Assembly: GCA_023417265.1 (NCBI GenBank)
Contig: JAEZFY010000344.1
Coordinates: 12,367 to 76,366, forward strand
Direction of reading: 5' to 3'
Origin: Actinomycetes bacterium
GTDB taxonomy: Bacteria > Actinomycetota > Acidimicrobiia > Acidimicrobiales > Ilumatobacteraceae
DNA length: 64,000 nucleotides
A program made the position numbers and the translations under genes. Numbering within the stretch: the first letter of the stretch is position 1; each line of letters starts with the position of its first letter. Under the pieces are notes generated by a model that saw nothing but the letters and a program-made list of their open reading frames with translations, did not search any database and was not told the DNA's origin. Below are positions 56,893 through 64,000 of the stretch, piece after piece.

Positions 56893-58544
56893 TCGACGTC
56901 GACCACGGACGGGCGCGTCTCGATCAGCACGTTGCCCGGCGCACCGACCTGGAGCGAGCAGGGCTGATCGACCGCGCAGCGCTGCCGTGGGTCCTGGCAA
57001 CCGTCCGCGAGCTGCATGCGGCCAAGCGCGCCGTCGTAGGCCCGGACGACGTGTCGGTCAGCTACGCCGAGCTCGACGAAGGCGTGCAGGCGGTGGCCGG
57101 CCGACTGCTCGACGACGGCATCGCCGCCGGAGACGTCGTCGTCGTGTACGCACAGAACAGCGTCGCGTGGATCGAGAGCGTGCTCGCATGCTGGCACGTC
57201 GGCGCGATCGCGTTGCCGATCGTCACGCTGTACCGGGAACACGAGTTGCGTCAGATCCTCGACCAAGTCGATCCGCGCGGTCTCGTGTCGGTCGAGCAGG
57301 CACGGGGACGTGCGCTCGCCGAGTGCCTCGACGATGTCGTATCGGGAACACGAGCGAAGATCGTGTCGCGCCTGCTTCTCGACGGGACACGCCCCGGGTG
57401 GGCGTCGCGCACCGACCTCGCTCCTCGCAAGGTGCCGCCGGCCCCGATCGCCCCCGACGCGCCGCTCCTCATGTTGACGACATCAGGCACGATGTCGGCA
57501 CCCAAGCTCGTCGTGCACACGTCGACATCGCTGCTCGCCAACGCGAGGCATTGGCGCTACATGCACGACTGGACGTCGTTCGACGTGTCGTACCTGCCGG
57601 TGCCACTCGCCCACGTCGCGGGGATCCAACGAGGTGTCACGGTTCCCTTCACGTCCGGAGCCACCGTCGTGTTGCGTGACGGATGGGACACATCCCGCTG
57701 GGTGTCCGACATGGTCGGCTTCGGGGTGAGCCAGACCAACGTGCCTGCCTTGCTGCTTCCCGAGGTGATGGGGCTGTACGACGACGCGGGCCGCCCCGAC
57801 CTGGCGGTGCGCTTTATGGTGGCTGCGCGCATGCCAGGTGACGATCCTTCGTTCGTGCGCGCCGAGGATTGGGGCCTCAACCCAACCCGTACCTACGGGA
57901 TGACCGAGTGCCCAGCGTCGACATTTCACCCCACCGGAAGCCCGTTCGCGGCTCGTCAGGCCACGAGTGGGCGCCCCGCACCGGGCGTCGAGCTACGGGT
58001 GGTTGACGAGGCCGGGCGGGAGCTGCCGCCGGGAGAGCCCGGTGAGTTGCTCGTCGGAGGGCCGAACCAGATGTTGTGCTACCTCGATCCCGAGCTCGAT
58101 CGTACGGTGTGGACCACCGACGGATTGATCCGCACAGGGGATGTCGCGGTCCTCACCGTCAGCGGCGAGGTCGCGATCACCGGGCGCTTGAAAGAGATCA
58201 TCAACCGAGGTGGTGAGAAGTTCTCCGCACGCGAGGTCGAGGAGGTGATTCTGAAGCACGCCGGGGTGCAGGACGTCGCAGTGGTGCCAGCGCCCGATCG
58301 GCGCCTCGGTGAGGTGCCGGCGGCGTTCGTAGTAGGGCGCGATGGTGTCCCGTTGTCGGCCGAGCTCCTGCGCGCCCACCTCGATGCCAGCGGGGTGGCC
58401 AAACAGAAGATCCCCGCGGCATGGCGGTTCGTCGGCGAGCTGCCACGCACCGGGATCCACAAGATCGCCAAGGCCGAGTTGATTGCTCGGCTGCAGGCGG
58501 AGGTGCGAGATACCGGTTCCCTGCCGGTGGAGGAGGTGCGATGA
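56889..58544 (+). CDS. Acyl-CoA ligase (cyclohexanecarboxylate-CoA ligase-like)
   Basis: TTSGTMSAPK, YGMTE, TGD, GRLKEIINRGGEK, AKQKIP, PRTGIHK. Confidence 0.88.
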   Translation: MIDVDHGRARLDQHVARRTDLERAGLIDRAALPWVLATVRELHAAKRAVVGPDDVSVSYAELDEGVQAVAGRLLDDGIAAGDVVVVYAQNSVAWIESVLACWHVGAIALPIVTLYREHELRQILDQVDPRGLVSVEQARGRALAECLDDVVSGTRAKIVSRLLLDGTRPGWASRTDLAPRKVPPAPIAPDAPLLMLTTSGTMSAPKLVVHTSTSLLANARHWRYMHDWTSFDVSYLPVPLAHVAGIQRGVTVPFTSGATVVLRDGWDTSRWVSDMVGFGVSQTNVPALLLPEVMGLYDDAGRPDLAVRFMVAARMPGDDPSFVRAEDWGLNPTRTYGMTECPASTFHPTGSPFAARQATSGRPAPGVELRVVDEAGRELPPGEPGELLVGGPNQMLCYLDPELDRTVWTTDGLIRTGDVAVLTVSGEVAITGRLKEIINRGGEKFSAREVEEVILKHAGVQDVAVVPAPDRRLGEVPAAFVVGRDGVPLSAELLRAHLDASGVAKQKIPAAWRFVGELPRTGIHKIAKAELIARLQAEVRDTGSLPVEEVR

Positions 58545-59698
58545 CCGACGAGATCGAGGCAGACCGTCAGCTGTTGCGCGAGACGACAGGGCGGTTCCTC
58601 GACGACACGATCCCCCTGACGCTCCTGCGCGCGTCGTTCGACGATCCGACACCTGACCTGACCGACCACTGGCGACAAGGCGCTGAGCTCGGCTGGACGT
58701 CGATGCTCGTCGGTGAGGAGTTCGGGGGCGGGTCGATCTCCGACGAACCGCTGGTCGACCTTGTCGCCGTCGCCATCGAGTGCGGCCGGCGCCTCGCCCC
58801 AGGCCCGCTCCGACCGGTCAACCAGGTGGCGCTGGCGATCGCCCGGGACGGAACCGACGAACAGCGGCGGCGTTTGCTGCCTGCGCTGGCAGACGGATCG
58901 ACGACGGCTGCATGGTGCGCCAACGACCCGTTCGAAGCTGCCGCTTCGATGGGGTCGACGCTCGCCGGCACCACGCATGGCGACGTGCTGATCGGCCGAC
59001 ATGGCATGGTGGAGCACGCCGACGCCGCCGGGCTCGTGCTCGTGGTGGCGGCAACCGACGCGGGGCTCGCGCACGTTCTGCTCGATCGTCACGCGGAGGG
59101 GTTGGCGATCGAGACGTTGCGAGGCCTGGACGCGGCTCGCCGATTTGCCTCGGTCGAGCTCGATCGTGTCGAAGTACCGGCCGACGGAGTGGTCGGTTCT
59201 TCTGGCCCCGCTGTGGCCGACACCGTCGAGCGGCTGCACGCGCTCGGAGTGGTTCTGCAGGCCGCGGAGTCGGTAGGGGCGACCGCGGCGGCGCTGGAGC
59301 TCACGGTCGAGTACGTGGGTGAGCGTGTGGCTTTCGGCCGGGCGATCGGCTCGTTCCAAGCGCTGAAACACCGTCTCGCCGACATCAAGGTGGCACTCGA
59401 GGCGTCGTTCGGGGCCGTGCACGGGGCGGCGCGGGCGCTGTCGCCGGAGCTGTCGACCCTCGGCCCCCTCGACGGCGACGTCGCCGAGCTCGTGCACGCC
59501 GTCAAGTCGTACGTCGGCGATGCCTCCGTGGCCGCCGTGCAGGACTGCGTCCAGATGCACGGCGGCATCGGGGTCACGTGGGAGCACGATCTGCACCTGT
59601 TCCTCCGACGGCTGGTCGAGAACCAGGTGATCTGCGGCACACCGGAGCAACACCGGCGGGCGATCTCTCGGCGTCGCCTCGCCGAGGTCGCGCAATGA
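58541..59698 (+). CDS. Acyl-CoA dehydrogenase (partner subunit)
   Basis: RVAFGRAIGSFQALKHR, QMHGGIGVTWEHDLHL. Confidence 0.9.
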   Translation: MTDEIEADRQLLRETTGRFLDDTIPLTLLRASFDDPTPDLTDHWRQGAELGWTSMLVGEEFGGGSISDEPLVDLVAVAIECGRRLAPGPLRPVNQVALAIARDGTDEQRRRLLPALADGSTTAAWCANDPFEAAASMGSTLAGTTHGDVLIGRHGMVEHADAAGLVLVVAATDAGLAHVLLDRHAEGLAIETLRGLDAARRFASVELDRVEVPADGVVGSSGPAVADTVERLHALGVVLQAAESVGATAAALELTVEYVGERVAFGRAIGSFQALKHRLADIKVALEASFGAVHGAARALSPELSTLGPLDGDVAELVHAVKSYVGDASVAAVQDCVQMHGGIGVTWEHDLHLFLRRLVENQVICGTPEQHRRAISRRRLAEVAQ

Positions 59699-60921
59699 GT
59701 CGCGTGCGCGCCCCACGGAATTTGGACGACTTCCGAGAGTTCGTTCGCGGCCAGCTGGCCGACCACCTGCCGCGACGTTCAGAGGGAGATCACTCACCCG
59801 AAGAGGATCGTGATCATCGGCGACACCGCGAGCTTCAGGGCCGGCTCCATGCCGCCGGTCTCGCCGGCCTCATGTACCCCGAGGAGTACGGCGGCCAGGG
59901 CCTGGGCCGCGAGCACCAAGTGATCTTCAACGAGGAGGCGCGCGACTACGAGATGCCGCTCATGTTCGCCGTGACCCTCGGCATCATCGGCCCGACGCTC
60001 CTCGATCGCGGTACCGAGGCACAAAAGCTCGCCCACATCCCTCGGATGCTCTCCGGCGACGCCATGTGGGTGCAATTCCTCAGCGAGCCGGGTGCCGGAT
60101 CCGACCTCGCCGCGACGGCGACCACCGCGGCGCGTGACGGCGGCCAGTACATCCTACGCGGATCGAAGATCTGGAGCACCGGGGCACAGTTCGCCGACTT
60201 CTCGCTGTGCCTCGTGCGCACCGACTGGGATCTGCCCAAGCACCGCGGTCTCTCGATGCTGATCCTGCCGATCGACCACCCAGGTGTCACCGTCGAACCG
60301 ATCGCGTTAGTCAACCGGGACGCTCGCTTCTGCCAGGAATTCATCGACGATGCCGCGGTGCCCGTCGACAATCTCGTGGGTTCCGAGAACGACGGCTGGT
60401 CGGTTGCCCTCGAGCTCTTGCAGCACGAGCGCAACATGGTCGGGGGGAACAGCCTCGACGGGGGCCTGTTGCGCGAGCGGCAGAGCGGTCAGGACAGCCT
60501 GACCCAGATCCTCGCTGCAGCGGCGCAGCTCGGCGCCGGCGATCCGGTCGCCGAGCAGCTCGTGGGTGAGGCGGTCACGCTGGCACGCCTCGGTCCGCTG
60601 CTCGCCGCACACCTGCGCGTCGAGGTGGCTGCGGGCCGACTGTCGGGTCAGAGCGCCTCGATGCTCAAGCTCTTCAGTTCGACCACGGAGTACCGCCAGC
60701 GCGAAATCGGCTTCCGGCTCGCGCGTGGCCGAGCACTGTTCTCGGCAGACTGGGACGAGGATCCGAAGGTCGCGGTGAACTGGGTGGGGGCCCGCGCCCG
60801 CACGATCGCCGGCGGCACCAACGAGATGCAGCGCAACGTCATCGCCGAACGGGTGTTGGGGCTTCCCCGCGACGTCGCCATCGACCGCGACGTCGCGTTC
60901 CGAGACGTCCGGCGAAATTGA
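59695..60921 (+). CDS. Acyl-CoA dehydrogenase (catalytic-type subunit)
   Basis: QFLSEPGAGSDLA, GSKIWST, PKHRGLS, LQHER, TIAGGTNEMQRNVI. Confidence 0.9.
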   Translation: MSRVRAPRNLDDFREFVRGQLADHLPRRSEGDHSPEEDRDHRRHRELQGRLHAAGLAGLMYPEEYGGQGLGREHQVIFNEEARDYEMPLMFAVTLGIIGPTLLDRGTEAQKLAHIPRMLSGDAMWVQFLSEPGAGSDLAATATTAARDGGQYILRGSKIWSTGAQFADFSLCLVRTDWDLPKHRGLSMLILPIDHPGVTVEPIALVNRDARFCQEFIDDAAVPVDNLVGSENDGWSVALELLQHERNMVGGNSLDGGLLRERQSGQDSLTQILAAAAQLGAGDPVAEQLVGEAVTLARLGPLLAAHLRVEVAAGRLSGQSASMLKLFSSTTEYRQREIGFRLARGRALFSADWDEDPKVAVNWVGARARTIAGGTNEMQRNVIAERVLGLPRDVAIDRDVAFRDVRRN

Positions 60922-60945
60922 ACGGATGAGCCAATAGGGGGAACG

Positions 60946-62658
60946 ATGTACGACCTCAAGATCTCCGGGGCGCACGTGGTCGACGGCACGGGCGCAGAAC
61001 CGGTTCGGGCAGATGTCGCGATCGAGGATGGACGGATCGCAGCGATTGGCACCGACCTCGACGCCGCGGCGCGCGTGGTGGATGCGACCGCCCACTACGT
61101 GTGTCCGGGCTTCGTCGATCCGCACACCCACTACGACGCGCAACTGCACTGGGACGCTATGGCGACCCCGTCGAGCCTGCACGGGGTGACGACGGTCATC
61201 GGGGGGAACTGTGGGTTCACGATCGCGCCGCTCCGCCCGACCGACGGCGACTACATCCGCCGGATGTTGTGCAAGGTCGAGGGCATGTCGCTCGAAGCCC
61301 TGGAGTCTGCCGTGAGTTGGGACTGGGAGTCGTTCGCCGGCTTCCTGGACTGCTTCGAGGGCGCGATCGGTGTGAACGCGGCATTCCTCGTGGGCCACTC
61401 GGCGATTCGTCGGTACGTGCTGGGGGAAGCAGCCGCGGAGCGCCGGGCGACCAGTGCCGAGGTCGAGCAAATGGCGACGGTGCTCGGGGAGGCGCTACGC
61501 GCCGGGGCGATCGGCTTCTCGACCAGCCGCTCGCCGTCGCACACCGATCAACTCGGCCGGCCCGTACCGAGCGCACTGGCCGATGACGACGAGCTGTTGC
61601 GGCTCTGCGCTGTGGTCGCCGACCACCCGGCGACATCGCTGGAGGCGATTTTCGATGGATGCCTGTCGCAGTTCAGCGACGCCGAGATCGAGCTGATGAC
61701 CCGGATGAGTGTCGCTGCGGGACGGCCGTTGAACTGGAACGTGCTCGGCATGAACTCCCTCGATCCGGACGTACTGGAGAGACAGATGTCCGCGTCCGCA
61801 TTTGCGCGTGCGAATCATGCGCGTGTGGTGGCACTTTCCATGCCTATTCACATGCCGATGAACATGAGCTTTGGAAGTTTCTGCGCACTGTGGAACATCC
61901 CCGGATGGGGCGAAATCTTGGGTGACAAAACCCGGGTCATCGAGCGACTCGGTGATCGAGACGTCCGCGAGATGATGCTCGCAAATGCGCGCAGTTCGGC
62001 GTATGCGTTCTTGACGGAATTCGACCAGTACGTCATCGGCACGGTCGGCACTCCCGGATTGGCCGACCGGACCGGTCGGAGCGTCGGTGAGCTCGCCGCC
62101 GAGCAGGGCGCCGAAGCATTCGACGCGCTCGTCGACCTGGTGGTCGCCGATCACCTGCAGACGGTGCTTTGGCCGAATCCCGTCAACGACACGACGGGCG
62201 ACTGGGAACGGCGCCTGGCACTCTGGCAACACGACGATGTCGTGCTCGGCGGGTCCGACGCAGGCGCCCATCTCGACCGGATGTGCGGTGCGATCTACCC
62301 CACCCGGTTCCTCGGCGACTGCCTGCGCGGGCGACGCCTGTTGCCGATCGGCGAGGCGGTCCGGCTGCTCACCGACGAACCGGCACGACTGTTCGGGCTG
62401 CGCGATCGCGGCCGCGTCGCGGTCGGCTGCCACGCCGACCTCGTCGTGTTCGACCCGGCCACCGTCGACTCCGAACTGCCGTACGCCCGGTACGACCTTC
62501 CCGACGGCTCCAAACGGATGTATGCCGAGGCGATCGGCATCGACGCGGTGTACGTCAACGGCGTCGAGGTCGTGCGCTCAGGCACCCCCACCGGAGCGAC
62601 ACCGGGAACGGTGCTGCGTGCCGGTCGTGACACGGCGGTCGCCGGCCTGCCGGGCTGA
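60946..62658 (+). CDS. N-acyl-D-amino-acid deacylase-like amidohydrolase
   Basis: PGFVDPHTHYD, HGVTTVIGGNCG, SDAGAH, RGRV..G.HADLVVFD. Confidence 0.88.
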   Translation: MYDLKISGAHVVDGTGAEPVRADVAIEDGRIAAIGTDLDAAARVVDATAHYVCPGFVDPHTHYDAQLHWDAMATPSSLHGVTTVIGGNCGFTIAPLRPTDGDYIRRMLCKVEGMSLEALESAVSWDWESFAGFLDCFEGAIGVNAAFLVGHSAIRRYVLGEAAAERRATSAEVEQMATVLGEALRAGAIGFSTSRSPSHTDQLGRPVPSALADDDELLRLCAVVADHPATSLEAIFDGCLSQFSDAEIELMTRMSVAAGRPLNWNVLGMNSLDPDVLERQMSASAFARANHARVVALSMPIHMPMNMSFGSFCALWNIPGWGEILGDKTRVIERLGDRDVREMMLANARSSAYAFLTEFDQYVIGTVGTPGLADRTGRSVGELAAEQGAEAFDALVDLVVADHLQTVLWPNPVNDTTGDWERRLALWQHDDVVLGGSDAGAHLDRMCGAIYPTRFLGDCLRGRRLLPIGEAVRLLTDEPARLFGLRDRGRVAVGCHADLVVFDPATVDSELPYARYDLPDGSKRMYAEAIGIDAVYVNGVEVVRSGTPTGATPGTVLRAGRDTAVAGLPG

Positions 62659-62687
62659 CGGCCGATCGGATCGTCGAACCGCCGCCC

Positions 62688-63719
<1,032 letters not shown>

Positions 63720-63735
63720 GGATGTCTCCGTCGTC

Positions 63736-64000
63736 TCAGAGGCCGGACTGTTGGCCGGTGAGGGCAGGCTCGTGACGGCCTGACTCCACCCCGACGGGAA
63801 CGAAGCAGGCGTATCGGTGCGCGAGGTCGTGCGGGTCGGGGGTCAGCGCAGGGAGCTCCTCGAGGCATCGATCGATCGCCGCGCGGCATCGTGGCGCGAA
63901 GCGACAGCCGGACGGCAGGTCGCGCGGGTCGGGCGGGCGGCCGTCGATGGCGTCGAGTCGCGCATGGCTCGGCGCATCGATCCGGGGCATCGATCGAAGG
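63736..64000 (-). CDS. C-terminus of an OppD-like ABC ATPase (5' end lies outside the window)
   Basis: IDGRPPD..LPSGCRFAPRC...ACF oligopeptide-ATPase C-terminal motif. Confidence 0.8.
   Translation of the reverse strand, partial: LRSMPRIDAPSHARLDAIDGRPPDPRDLPSGCRFAPRCRAAIDRCLEELPALTPDPHDLAHRYACFVPVGVESGRHEPALTGQQSGL

Noticed and set aside
61740..62040. Slightly AT-richer patch in the deacylase gene
   Set aside because: Frame stays intact, no boundary repeats, and the shift cannot be quantified by eye

Overview
High-GC (roughly 68% by eye), gene-dense region, probably from an actinobacterium (Acidimicrobiia/Frankia-like gene repertoire; this is inference). Almost all of it is one large accessory oxidative/CoA-dependent enzyme cluster of about 55 intact genes. 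These include 2 P450cam-like cytochromes P450, 6 luciferase-like (LLM) flavin oxidoreductases, 8 SDRs, 4 amidohydrolase_2 proteins, 3 acyl-CoA/AMP ligases, 2 intact acyl-CoA dehydrogenase pairs and 4 crotonases (one is 6-oxocamphor-hydrolase-like). There are also SnoaL proteins, a double-domain CoA-transferase III, a four-domain fused Liv-type ABC transporter, an MFS, an accessory ribF and 5 regulators. Best candidate for an undescribed system: two StrR-family (ParB-N + HTH) regulators, each preceded by the same palindrome CTAACTGA-NN-TTAGAT, plus a 9-bp motif (CAGTTGGAC/GTCCAACTG) that recurs in most intergenic promoter regions and resembles known StrR-family half-sites. A core gene set occurs twice in shuffled order, including an LLM translationally coupled to a serine-less alpha/beta-hydrolase. 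Four genes or gene pairs have decayed by internal deletion. No rRNA, tRNA, CRISPR or IS element was recognised.
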